Assembly: GCA_043811535.1 (NCBI GenBank)
Contig: JBDRNC010000008.1
Span: forward strand, 68,656-132,655
Length of the DNA: 64,000 nucleotides
Origin: Elusimicrobiota bacterium
GTDB taxonomy: Bacteria; Elusimicrobiota; Endomicrobiia; Endomicrobiales; JBDRNC01
Reading direction: 5' to 3'
Part shown: positions 48,635-58,155 of the stretch, one piece after another
How the letters are laid out: each line of letters opens with the position of its first letter
Numbering within the stretch: position 1 is the first letter of the stretch
Notes under the pieces: generated by a model
Told to the model about the DNA's origin: nothing
The model's input: the letters and a program-made list of their open reading frames with translations, nothing else
The model's database searches: none
Program-made: the position numbers and the translations under genes

Positions 48635-49012
48635 GTGAATATTCCAAAAGATCTGAGATACGCGAAGACGCACGAGTGGTCAAAACAGGAAGGCAACAAA
48701 GTAAGGGTAGGCATAACCGACCACGCCCAGCACGAGATAACCGATGTCGTGCACGTTGAACTGCCGGCCGTTGGGAAAAAAGTAGCGAAAGAACAGCCGG
48801 CCGCCGTGGTTGAATCCGTCAAATCGGCTTTTGACATTTACGCGCCGGTTTCAGGGACCATAGTTGAGATAAACGAAAAACTCGGCTCCAGCCCGGAACT
48901 TGTCAACCAGTCGCCTTACGGGGACGGTTTCTTCTTCGTGATAGAGGCTTCAATCCCCGCCGAATACGACACCCTAATGACAGCGGAAGATTACGAAAAG
49001 ACTATAAAGTAA
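48635..49012 (+). CDS. gcvH: Glycine cleavage system H protein
   Basis: YAKTHEW, GITDHAQ, VESVKS (lipoyl lysine), APVSG; GTG start with GGAGG SD. Confidence 0.96.
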   Translation: MNIPKDLRYAKTHEWSKQEGNKVRVGITDHAQHEITDVVHVELPAVGKKVAKEQPAAVVESVKSAFDIYAPVSGTIVEINEKLGSSPELVNQSPYGDGFFFVIEASIPAEYDTLMTAEDYEKTIK

Positions 49013-49094
49013 ATTTCAGATTGCAGATTTCAGATTTCAAATTTGAAAACTTTAATCTGCAATTTTAAATCTGAAATTTGAAATTGACTCTATT

Positions 49095-50423
49095 ATGGAC
49101 TTTACTCCTATATCATCCAAGGACAAGCAGGAAATGCTCGACGCTATCGGCGTCAAGGATACCGCCGAGCTCTTTTCCGTCATTCCTGAAAAGGCAAGGA
49201 TAAAGAAGCTCAACCTTCCCGAAGGAATTTCCGAGGCAAAACTGCTGAGAACGCTGGATGCCCTGAGCAGGAAAAACTTCTCCCTGAAAGAATATACCTG
49301 TTTCCGCGGAGCAGGCATTTACGAGCATTTCGTTCCCGCGCTTGTGGAAGAGATCGCAAGCCGTTCAGAATTCACCACCGCCTACACACCTTACCAGCCC
49401 GAAGCAAGCCAGGGGACATTGCAGGCGGTTTTTGAATACCAGAGCATGATAACCGGTTTGACCGGGCTTGACGTAGCCAACGCCTCTCTTTACGACGGCG
49501 CCTCAGCCGTGGCGGAAGCTGCCCTGCTCGCGCTGAGGGCGACCGGCAGAAAAAAACTTTTTGTTTCGGAAGCCGTCCACCCGGAATACCGCGAAGTCCT
49601 TAGGACCTATCTGCAGGGGATCGACGTTGAAATAAAGCATTTCACGGCCAAGAACGGCTCCACCGCGCCTTACGAGATCGACGCGGATGCCGCCGCGGTC
49701 ATAATCCAATCGCCCAACTTTTTCGGAATAATCGAAGACGCCGAAGCGTTCCGCCGCATAGCGACGCAGGCGGGAGCGATGCTTATAATGTCGGTCAACC
49801 CGATCTCGCTCGGCCTTCTCAAAACTCCGGGAGAATTCGGCGCCGATATCGCCGTCGGCGAAGGGCAGGTGCTTGGGAGCCCGTCAGGATTAGGCGGATT
49901 CACATTCGGTTTCATGGCGTGCAAAAAAGAGCTCGCGTGGAAAATGCCCGGCAGGATAGTCGGCCAGACAACAGACACTAAAGGAAGGCGCGGATACGTG
50001 CTGACGCTCCAGTCGCGCGAACAGCATATCAGGCGCGAGAAAGCCACTTCAAATATATGTACGAATTCAGCGCTCAACGCGCTCGCGGGCTGCGTTTACC
50101 TTTCGGGATGGGGAAGCGAAGGATTAAAGAAACTCGCGGAAACCAATGCCGCCAAGAGCGGTTATGCCTTCAACCTGCTGTCAAAACTCCCGGGATTTGA
50201 ACCCGCGTTTTACAACCAGCCGTTCTTCAACGAATTTGTCCTCAAAACAAAAAAGAACATAAATAAGATATACGTGAAGCTTCTTTCGGAAAAAATACTC
50301 GGCCCGCTTGGGTTGGGCAGGTTCTATAAAGGAATGGACGACTGCCTGCTCTTCTGCGTGACCGAGCTGAGAACGAAAGAAGAAATAGATAAATTAGCAA
50401 AAATACTAAGTTCTAAGCTCTAA
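49095..50423 (+). CDS. gcvPA: Glycine dehydrogenase subunit 1
   Basis: TAYTPYQPEASQGTLQ, NASLYDG, REQHIRREKATSNICTN. Confidence 0.97.
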   Translation: MDFTPISSKDKQEMLDAIGVKDTAELFSVIPEKARIKKLNLPEGISEAKLLRTLDALSRKNFSLKEYTCFRGAGIYEHFVPALVEEIASRSEFTTAYTPYQPEASQGTLQAVFEYQSMITGLTGLDVANASLYDGASAVAEAALLALRATGRKKLFVSEAVHPEYREVLRTYLQGIDVEIKHFTAKNGSTAPYEIDADAAAVIIQSPNFFGIIEDAEAFRRIATQAGAMLIMSVNPISLGLLKTPGEFGADIAVGEGQVLGSPSGLGGFTFGFMACKKELAWKMPGRIVGQTTDTKGRRGYVLTLQSREQHIRREKATSNICTNSALNALAGCVYLSGWGSEGLKKLAETNAAKSGYAFNLLSKLPGFEPAFYNQPFFNEFVLKTKKNINKIYVKLLSEKILGPLGLGRFYKGMDDCLLFCVTELRTKEEIDKLAKILSSKL

Positions 50424-50537
50424 ACACTAAATAAGTTCAAAACAGGAAAATTAAAAGATAAACACTGCTGTTATATTTGAAATTTGAATTTGTGGTTTGC
50501 TATTTATTTAGTGTTTCGTATTTAGTTTTTAGTGTTT
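50401..50537 (+). repeat. AAATACT heptamer hairpin element, copy C (supplies the gcvPA stop codon)
   Basis: Aligns with copies A, B and D; encodes ILSSKL-stop. Confidence 0.85.
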
Positions 50538-50560
50538 CAAGTATCCTTTAAATCGAGGAA

Positions 50561-51991
50561 ATGATGGAACAATTACTTATAGAAATCTCCCATGAAGGTC
50601 AAAGCGGATATTCGGTTCCGGAGATTGACGTTCCGGCCCAGCCGGAACTGCCCGCCGGCCTGCTCAGGCAAAAACCCGCCGTCCTGCCCGAAGTCAGCGA
50701 GCCGGAGCTGAGAAGGCACTTCACGCGCCTGTCCCACATGAATTATTCGCTCACCACGAATTTCTATCCGCTCGGCTCGTGCACGATGAAATATAACCCG
50801 GTCATAAACGAGAAAATATCGCAATTGCCGGGATTCGCCAATCTGCACCCGTATCAGCCCGAAGAAACGCTGCAGGGCATGCTTGAGGCGCTTTACGGAC
50901 TCGGAAAATCGCTCTGCGAGATAACCGGAATGGACAGATTCACTCTCCAGCCGGCCGCCGGAGCGCACGGCGAATTCACGGGCCTGTTGATAGCCCGCGC
51001 GTATTTCAAGGCGAAAGGGGAGAAACGGACAAAGATAATCGTTCCCGATTCCGCGCACGGCACCAATCCCGCGTCGGCCGCTCTCGCCGGGTTCGAGATC
51101 GTACCCCTGAAATCCGAACCGGACGGCCACCTTGAGCCCGCGAAACTTAAAGAGATTCTCACACCGGAAATCGCGGCGATAATGCTCACCGTGCCCAATA
51201 CGCTCGGTGTTTTTGAAAAACACATCTTAGAGATAGCCGATATAATGCACAAGAACGGGTCGCTTCTCTATTACGACGGCGCGAACTTGAACGCCCTCAT
51301 GGGCAACGCGCGGCCCGGCGACCTCGGTTTTGACATAATGCACGTCAATCCTCACAAGACCTTTTCAACGCCTCACGGCGGCGGCGGCCCGGGAGCGGGC
51401 CCTGTCGGCGTCAAGAAAGACCTCGAGAAATTCCTGCCTTATCCCCTTATTGATAAAAGCGGCAGCAGGTTCTATTTTGATTACAAGCGCCCGGACTCAA
51501 TAGGCCGCGTGCGCTCGTTCTACGGCAATGTTCCCGTGCTTATCAAAGCGTATTCTTACATCCTCGCGCTCGGAGGAGAAGGCCTTAAAAACGCGAGTGA
51601 GCAGGCAGTCATTAACGCGAATTATATGCTTTCAATACTCAAGAAAAATTTACCCGCTCCGGCGGGCGAGCGGTGCATGCATGAATTCGTGCTCTCGGGC
51701 AAACCGCTGAACCAGTACGGCCTGCACACACTGGATTTGGCAAAACGCCTGCTCGATTACGGCTATTACGCCCCTACCATATACTTCCCGCTCATAGTTG
51801 AAGAAGCCATAATGGTAGAGCCCACTGAAACCGAAACAAAAGCGACCCTGGATGAATTCATCCGGACGCTTGCGGATATACTTGAAGAAGCAAAAACCAG
51901 CCCCCAGACTCTCAAAGACGCTCCGCAAAACACCCCCGTTTCCCGTCTCAACGAGGTCGAAGCGGCCAGAAAATCGATACTACACTGGTGA
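50561..51991 (+). CDS. gcvPB: Glycine dehydrogenase subunit 2
   Basis: YPLGSCTMKYNP, QPAAGAHGE, SAHGTNPASA, HKTFSTPHGGGGPG, EPTETE. Confidence 0.97.
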   Translation: MMEQLLIEISHEGQSGYSVPEIDVPAQPELPAGLLRQKPAVLPEVSEPELRRHFTRLSHMNYSLTTNFYPLGSCTMKYNPVINEKISQLPGFANLHPYQPEETLQGMLEALYGLGKSLCEITGMDRFTLQPAAGAHGEFTGLLIARAYFKAKGEKRTKIIVPDSAHGTNPASAALAGFEIVPLKSEPDGHLEPAKLKEILTPEIAAIMLTVPNTLGVFEKHILEIADIMHKNGSLLYYDGANLNALMGNARPGDLGFDIMHVNPHKTFSTPHGGGGPGAGPVGVKKDLEKFLPYPLIDKSGSRFYFDYKRPDSIGRVRSFYGNVPVLIKAYSYILALGGEGLKNASEQAVINANYMLSILKKNLPAPAGERCMHEFVLSGKPLNQYGLHTLDLAKRLLDYGYYAPTIYFPLIVEEAIMVEPTETETKATLDEFIRTLADILEEAKTSPQTLKDAPQNTPVSRLNEVEAARKSILHW

Positions 51992-52117
51992 GACGTATCT
52001 AGTATCTGGTATCTCGTATCTAGTAAAATAAAAAACACTTCTCAACAACCCAACACAAACCCCATACCGCCTCTATCCTTGACACTAATGGACCAAAAGG
52101 GTATCAGTTTGTCTTTC

Positions 52118-52425
52118 TTGCGATGGGCTACGTTAGGAGCAAAACCTGAACCTTAATCACATGGATCCCCGAGTGACTCATCCAAAGAATCTACTATATG
52201 AGACCTCCATGTGGGATAACAGTCCGCGGGGATGACAAAAAGGTTCAGGTTTTATACCCGAAGGGCATTCATCGCAACGCACGCCGCACCCTCCAAACCG
52301 CAAGAGGGGAAGCGAGGGAAACTTTCGAGGGGGGCTTGTTGAGCCCGACTTCTACTCCCTTGGAGGGCTCAACATTCCGAGCGACGGGCATCAGGAGCGT
52401 ACCCCCGAGAATGTTTTCCGAGCGA
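52118..52425 (+). other. Highly structured intergenic region (nested inverted repeats; candidate ncRNA or nested mini-elements)
   Basis: Stems 52118-25/52270-77, 52141-54/52240-53 and 52337-46/52365-74. Confidence 0.5.
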
Positions 52426-52432
52426 AAGCCTC

Positions 52433-52461
52433 TTGCCGTCCCACTCCTAATCTTGTATAAT
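52433..52461 (+). promoter_or_regulatory. Sigma70 promoter implying a leaderless mRNA
   Basis: TTGCCG-17 nt-TATAAT, then 6 nt to the ATG, with no SD. Confidence 0.65.
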
Positions 52462-52467
52462 TTCCGT

Positions 52468-52809
52468 ATGAAAATCATAAGGGATTCCATTCCGCTTGAC
52501 GAGCTTTCGCGGATGGCCGGAGAACTTTTCGGGAACATGGTAAAAGCCGTAGTTGACGTTGACAAAGAGCTTCTGGCGGTAGACGCGGAGCTTCATTCTG
52601 ACCTTGAGGCCCTGTTGCTGCAGGAGGGTTCCATCCAGAAATTCCTTTGGGGGATCAACCTGTATCCGGAAATGCAAGGGTCTGATTTCATAGAATTTGA
52701 TTCCATGATAAACGTGCGGCCGTCTCAGGGGAACGCGAGCCGCGGAGTAACTGACAAAGAACTTCAGGAACGCATAGCCGGAATCGTCTCTAAAAGGATC
52801 GTTAGATGA
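52468..52809 (+). CDS. DUF5674 family protein
   Basis: MVKAVVDV, DAELHSDLEALLL..GS.Q..LWGINLYP, IEFDSMINVRPSQGN; start placed at ATG 52468. Confidence 0.85.
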   Translation: MKIIRDSIPLDELSRMAGELFGNMVKAVVDVDKELLAVDAELHSDLEALLLQEGSIQKFLWGINLYPEMQGSDFIEFDSMINVRPSQGNASRGVTDKELQERIAGIVSKRIVR

Positions 52810-53147
52810 AAATTCAGCATAAAGAACTCGCGCGCGGGAAATGGAAACAGATGCCTTTCCTCGAACAGATGGCGAACATCGGAAGCGAGGTTGAACGCGC
52901 GCTGAACTGGCGCGCCAAGAACAACCCGCCGTACAGCCGGCAGGCTTTTGAACGGGCGCTTGAATTGCTTGAAATAACACTGGATGACATGAAGAATGCG
53001 AAGCGTTTCAAAGAAATCGCACGCGTCCGGGAGGCCATCGTGGACTATTTTGACGGCTCCAACCTGTTCTCCTCAAGCGACGCGCTATGGCGGAAATACT
53101 TCTATTTTTTCAATTACGCCGCCCGCCGCGGCAAAACCATTTCATAG
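52806..53147 (+). CDS. Hypothetical helical protein coupled to DUF5674
   Basis: ATGA overlap; HKELARGKW, EQMANIGSEVERA, EIARVRE. Confidence 0.8.
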   Translation: MKIQHKELARGKWKQMPFLEQMANIGSEVERALNWRAKNNPPYSRQAFERALELLEITLDDMKNAKRFKEIARVREAIVDYFDGSNLFSSSDALWRKYFYFFNYAARRGKTIS

Positions 53148-53155
53148 GTACTCTT

Positions 53156-53911
53156 ATGTATTTATCCCTGAATTCCGTCAAAAAATACGCAGTGTTTGTA
53201 ATGCTCCTCGCTATTCCCGCCGTCTTGCTCGCGAAAGCCGGCGAAAGGACCGGTTCGCCTGTCAGCTTTCAGACGCCGGACGGCGTGATAATCACGGGAA
53301 CATACCACGCGCCCGCCGGACCGCGCATGAAAACATTCATTCTCCTGCACGGGCTGGGGAGCACGAACGAAGAATGGCAGTCATTCGCGGTGCATCTTGT
53401 CCGCGCCGGTTACGGTTTTCTCGCGTATGACGCGCGCGGCCACGGCAAGAGCGTGTTCACGCGCGACGGGAAACAACTCTCATACGAGAATTTCGTTCCG
53501 TCGCAATGGAACCTCATGATTCAGGATGTCGGAAGCGCCGTGTCATTCCTGATGAACGAGAAAAAAATCCAGGAAAAAAGAATCGGCCTTATCGGCGCGA
53601 GCATGGGCGCGAATGTTTCCATGCTGTACGCCGCGTCCAATGAAGCGGTTCCGATGGTAGTGCTGCTGTCCCCCGGAGTCAATTACGTCCTGTTCAATAT
53701 CTCTAACGCGGTATCGTCCTTTCAGAAGCGCCCTGTGGCGATAGCGGTTTCTCCGAACGATACATACGCGTACCAAAGCTCGCAGCTGCTTTTCCGCAAG
53801 ATTGAAATGAACAAGCGCGCCGTCCTTTTGACGGCCGCTAAAGGGCACGGCGTGGAGATGTTTGACGGAAGATTTGAAAGAAGACTCCTGCAGTGGATAG
53901 CTAAATACTAA
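53156..53911 (+). CDS. Exported alpha/beta hydrolase
   Basis: LLHGLG, DARGHGKS, GASMG nucleophile elbow, D and GHG; start placed at ATG 53156. Confidence 0.9.
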   Translation: MYLSLNSVKKYAVFVMLLAIPAVLLAKAGERTGSPVSFQTPDGVIITGTYHAPAGPRMKTFILLHGLGSTNEEWQSFAVHLVRAGYGFLAYDARGHGKSVFTRDGKQLSYENFVPSQWNLMIQDVGSAVSFLMNEKKIQEKRIGLIGASMGANVSMLYAASNEAVPMVVLLSPGVNYVLFNISNAVSSFQKRPVAIAVSPNDTYAYQSSQLLFRKIEMNKRAVLLTAAKGHGVEMFDGRFERRLLQWIAKY

Positions 53912-54254
53912 AAAGACCGTAGCTCGTATCTCGTAACTCGTATCTAGTTCAAGGAATAAAGACCTTTGATAAAATACCTTTAACGAATCCCGAGTCCCAA
54001 GACGACCAACAATAATTTAATTAAATCGAAGTACCCGTCAGGGTATGCGAGATACTAGATACGGTTTTATAATTTGACCTCGGCAAAGTAATCCTTGACT
54101 TTAACCGCTAATCACATGGCATTCTACGGAGTAAGTCCTAATAAAGGAAAAAGCTGTCGGATGTGTAATGTTGAATGTGTAATGAAACCACTAAGCTTAT
54201 TAAATTCATTACACATAACACATCAAACATTACACAAAATAAATAAAGGCAATT

Positions 54255-54674
54255 ATGCAATTCGGTGTCAGCGCTAATAAGGAAAATGAGTTAAAAACCA
54301 GGATGCAGCGGTTGGGCATCTATGAGCGCGACATTGACGAGAAATTCGTGCGCTCGCAGGGCAAGGGCGGCCAGAATGTCAACAAGACTTCAACCTGCGT
54401 GTATATAAAGCACCTTCCCACGGGAATTGAGATAAAATGCCAGCAGGACCGCTCGCAGGCGGTCAACAGGTTCCTCGCCAGGAGAATACTCGCGGACAGG
54501 ATAGAATCGGCGGTTCTCGGCGCCCAAAGCGCGGAACGGCAGAGGATAGAAAAGATACGCAGGCAGAAGAGGAAACGGTCAAAAAGAGCGAAAGACAAGA
54601 TGCTGAAGCAGAAGCACATGCAGAGCGAGAAAAAATCATTTAGAGCACCTGTGAAACCAGACAACGATTATTGA
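54255..54674 (+). CDS. Peptide chain release factor-like (ArfB/YaeJ-type) ribosome rescue protein
   Basis: RSQGKGGQNVNK (GGQ), HLPTGI, RSQAVNR, basic C-terminal tail. Confidence 0.88.
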   Translation: MQFGVSANKENELKTRMQRLGIYERDIDEKFVRSQGKGGQNVNKTSTCVYIKHLPTGIEIKCQQDRSQAVNRFLARRILADRIESAVLGAQSAERQRIEKIRRQKRKRSKRAKDKMLKQKHMQSEKKSFRAPVKPDNDY

Positions 54675-54676
54675 TT

Positions 54677-54813
54677 AAATACTAAGCTCTAAACACTAAA
54701 TACTAAATAAGTTCTAAAAACAAATAATTAAACTCAAACACAGCATTTATATTTGATATTTGGATTTGTGATTTTGGATTTATTTAGTGTTTAGTTTTTA
54801 GTATTTAGTATTT
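54677..54813 (+). repeat. AAATACT heptamer hairpin element, copy D
   Basis: First 35 nt identical to copy B. Confidence 0.85.
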
Positions 54814-54831
54814 TTAGTATCTAAGGAAATT

Positions 54832-56451
54832 ATGCGTATCGCAATTGCTCAGATCAACTCAACAGTAGGCGATATTGAAAATAACGCCCGAAAGATGCTT
54901 GAATGGGCCGGAAAGGCAAAAGATGCCGGCGCGGATGTCGTCGTTTTCCCGGAGATGGCGCTGACCGGGTACCCGCCCGAAGACCTCCTTCTGAAACCTG
55001 ATTTTGTAAAAGACAACCTGGATCAGATAAAACACCTTGCGGCGAATATCGACGGTATCACGGCTGTCGCGGGATTCGCGGATAAATCCCCTGCCGGCAT
55101 CCATAACGCGGCCGCGGTAATATCCGGGAAAAAGATACTCGGCGTGTACCGCAAGATGTATTTGCCGAATTACGGAGTTTTTGACGAAAAAAGGTACTTT
55201 GCGCCGGGCAGCAAAACGCTGGCGTTCAGCATCGGAAAAATAAAAGCCGGGATAAACATCTGCGAGGATATCTGGCAGGATAATCCCGCCTCAAGACCCT
55301 TAAGGAAAACCGTTCTTTCGGGGGCAAAACTCGTATTTGTGATCAACGCCTCCCCGTATCACGCCGGGAAAGTGAAGGAAAGAGAAAAATTGATCCAGGC
55401 GCAGGCCAAACGCAACAAAGTATATATCGTTTACGTAAATATGGTCGGCGGGCAGGACGAACTGGTTTTTGACGGATACAGCATGGCGGCGGACCCTTCC
55501 GGCAGGATAATCGCCCGGGCCGAAGGCTTCAAGGAAGACCTGCTCGTCATAGACATCCCGTTCGGGAAAGATAAACAAGGCGCCGCGAAGAACCGCATAG
55601 CCCCGGTACTGGCCCCTGTTGAGGAAGTTTACAACGCTCTTAAACTCGGATTGAAGGATTACATTCATAAAAACGGATTTAAGAAAGCCGTCATAGGACT
55701 CAGCGGCGGGATCGATTCCGCTCTCGTGGCCGCGCTTGCCGCCGACGCGATAGGCAGGGAGAACGTTTACGGTGTATTCATGCCTTCGCGCTATACCTCC
55801 GGCGAATCAAAGGAAGACGCTTTCGACTTGGCGAAAAACCTCGGCATTAAACTGCTGACAATTCCGATAGAAGACATTTTCGGGAACTATCTCAGGACGC
55901 TTGAACCGGTCTTTAAAAACATGCAGTCTGATATTACCGAGGAAAACCTGCAGGCCAGGATACGCGGAAACCTGATGATGGCGCTTTCAAACAAGTTCGG
56001 GTGGCTGGTGCTGACCACGGGGAATAAATCCGAGATGAGCACGGGTTACGCCACGCTTTACGGAGACATGGCTGGGGGATTCGCGGTGATAAAGGACGTC
56101 CCTAAAACTCTTGTATATGAACTTTCCGGCTACAGGAATTCCAAGGATTCCGCAATTCCCGCTAGGATCATCAAAAAAGAGCCGACCGCGGAGTTAAGGC
56201 ACGGCCAGAAGGACAGCGATTCCCTGCCGCCGTATCCCGAGCTTGACCCTATCCTGAAACTTTATGTTGAAGAGGATAAAAACCTGAAAGATATCGCCGC
56301 GAAAGGATTTCCCGCGGAAACCGTAAGCAAGGTGTTTTTGCTGGTGGATAAAAGCGAATACAAGCGGCGCCAGTCCCCGCCCGGCATAAAAATAACGCCG
56401 CGCGCTTTCGGCAGGGACCGCCGCATGCCGATTACCAACAAGTACAAATGA
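54832..56451 (+). CDS. nadE: Glutamine-dependent NAD+ synthetase
   Basis: Nitrilase domain (FPE, YRK, ICED) plus GLSGGIDS, ENLQARIRG, TGNKSE, YKRRQ. Confidence 0.96.
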   Translation: MRIAIAQINSTVGDIENNARKMLEWAGKAKDAGADVVVFPEMALTGYPPEDLLLKPDFVKDNLDQIKHLAANIDGITAVAGFADKSPAGIHNAAAVISGKKILGVYRKMYLPNYGVFDEKRYFAPGSKTLAFSIGKIKAGINICEDIWQDNPASRPLRKTVLSGAKLVFVINASPYHAGKVKEREKLIQAQAKRNKVYIVYVNMVGGQDELVFDGYSMAADPSGRIIARAEGFKEDLLVIDIPFGKDKQGAAKNRIAPVLAPVEEVYNALKLGLKDYIHKNGFKKAVIGLSGGIDSALVAALAADAIGRENVYGVFMPSRYTSGESKEDAFDLAKNLGIKLLTIPIEDIFGNYLRTLEPVFKNMQSDITEENLQARIRGNLMMALSNKFGWLVLTTGNKSEMSTGYATLYGDMAGGFAVIKDVPKTLVYELSGYRNSKDSAIPARIIKKEPTAELRHGQKDSDSLPPYPELDPILKLYVEEDKNLKDIAAKGFPAETVSKVFLLVDKSEYKRRQSPPGIKITPRAFGRDRRMPITNKYK

Positions 56452-56468
56452 CCGTAGGTCTTATCTCG

Positions 56469-56499
56469 GTCATCCCCGAATGTTTAAATCGGGGATCCA
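56469..56499 (+). repeat. GTCATCCCCG...CGGGGATCCA palindromic repeat
   Basis: An expanded inverted copy lies at 52162-52236. Confidence 0.7.
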
Positions 56500-56602
56500 A
56501 AAGTAATACAATTACCAATTAACAATTATCAATTACCAGTTAACAACTTATCAATGATAATTGGTAATTGTCAATTGATAATTGAAAAAACGGAGGTTTT
56601 TA

Positions 56603-58021
56603 ATGAGCGGTATTTTCGGAGTTGTTTCTGATTCGGATTGCGCCGAGACAGTTATGTACGGCACGGATTATCATTCGCATCTCGGCACGGAATACGGCGG
56701 TATCGCCGTTTTCGGCGAGAGTTTTTCGCGCCAGATTCACAACATCACGCAGAGCCAGTTCAAATCAAAATTTTACGACGACATAATCCGCATGAAAGGG
56801 AATAAAGGCATAGGCGTCATCAGCGCGCTGGAAGAGCAGCCGATATACCTAAATTCAAAATTCGGGCCTTTCTGCCTTGTGACCAACGGGTTGATTGAAA
56901 ATGCCGATGAACTGGCTAAGAAAATGCTCTCAAAAGGAGCGTCTTTCAGCGAAGTATGCAAAGGCACGGTCAACGAAACCGAACTCATAGCCAAAATGAT
57001 AACCGAAGGCAGCAGCATTATCGACGGCATAGAGAAAATGTTCGCGCAAATCGAGGGCTCGTGCTCCCTGCTGCTGCTGAATAAAGACGGCATCTACGCC
57101 GCGCGCGACAGGTTCGGCTATTCCACGCTCGTCATAGGAAAGAAAGGCAAAAAAATAGCGATAACGTCCGAGACTTCGGCTCTTCCGAACCTTGATTTTG
57201 AAGAAGTCAAGAACCTGGAACCGGGCGAGATCGTCCTGATAAACGAAAAAGGCCTGATCCAGAAAAAATGCGGCGGCAAGACCAACCAGATATGCGCCTT
57301 TTTATGGATATACACGGGATTCCCGGCATCAAACTATGAAGGCATCAACGCCGAGGTCGTCAGGGAAAGATGCGGAAGATGCCTTGCGAAAAGGGACAAA
57401 AACCTTAAGGCCGACCTTATTGCCGGCGTCCCGGATTCCGGGCTCGCGCACGCGCAGGGCTACGCGATGGAATCCGGAATACCGTTAAGACGCCCTCTTG
57501 TGAAGTACACTCCCGGGTACGGCAGAAGCTACACTCCTCCGTCGCAGACTATCAGGGACCTCATAGCGAAAATGAAACTGATCGCGATTAAAGACATCAT
57601 CAAAGGCAACCGCATCGTTCTATGCGAGGATTCCATAGTCAGAGGAACGCAGCTGAAGAATTTCACTGTAAAAAAGCTGTGGGATTGCGGCGCCAAAGAA
57701 GTCCACGTCAGGCCGGCCTGCCCGCCGCTGATGTTCCCTTGCAAATTCAACCTCTCTACAAGAACGATAGCCGAACTCGCGTCGCGAAAGGCGATAAGAA
57801 GCCTTGAAGGGCGCGACCTGGAAGACGTATCGGAGTACGCGGACCATAACACCGAGAAATACAGAAAAATGGTGGAGTGGATAGCCCGCGACCTTGAAGT
57901 AACATCGCTGAAATACCAGATCGTCGACGATATGGTAAAAGCCATAGGCCTCCCGAAAGAGAAACTTTGCCTTTACTGCTGGACAGGCGTTCAGCCGGGG
58001 AAGAAGAGAAAAAAACAGTAA
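56603..58021 (+). CDS. purF: Amidophosphoribosyltransferase homologue lacking the N-terminal catalytic Cys
   Basis: MSGIFG start after GGAGG; ARDRFG, GVPDSG, DSIVRGT, CPP, CLYCW. Confidence 0.85.
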   Translation: MSGIFGVVSDSDCAETVMYGTDYHSHLGTEYGGIAVFGESFSRQIHNITQSQFKSKFYDDIIRMKGNKGIGVISALEEQPIYLNSKFGPFCLVTNGLIENADELAKKMLSKGASFSEVCKGTVNETELIAKMITEGSSIIDGIEKMFAQIEGSCSLLLLNKDGIYAARDRFGYSTLVIGKKGKKIAITSETSALPNLDFEEVKNLEPGEIVLINEKGLIQKKCGGKTNQICAFLWIYTGFPASNYEGINAEVVRERCGRCLAKRDKNLKADLIAGVPDSGLAHAQGYAMESGIPLRRPLVKYTPGYGRSYTPPSQTIRDLIAKMKLIAIKDIIKGNRIVLCEDSIVRGTQLKNFTVKKLWDCGAKEVHVRPACPPLMFPCKFNLSTRTIAELASRKAIRSLEGRDLEDVSEYADHNTEKYRKMVEWIARDLEVTSLKYQIVDDMVKAIGLPKEKLCLYCWTGVQPGKKRKKQ

Positions 58022-58155
58022 TCAATGAACAATTAGCAATGAGCAATTAACAATGATAATTGATAATTGTTAATTGTTAACTGAAAACATATGGAACAGA
58101 TCCATCCGGACAAACCGCAACGCCGTAAATTCACTGCTGCAGGATATTTCGCGCC

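Noticed and set aside
52198..52467. 90-aa N-terminal extension of DUF5674 in the ORF track
   Set aside because: It runs through inverted repeats, and a good promoter sits directly before ATG 52468.
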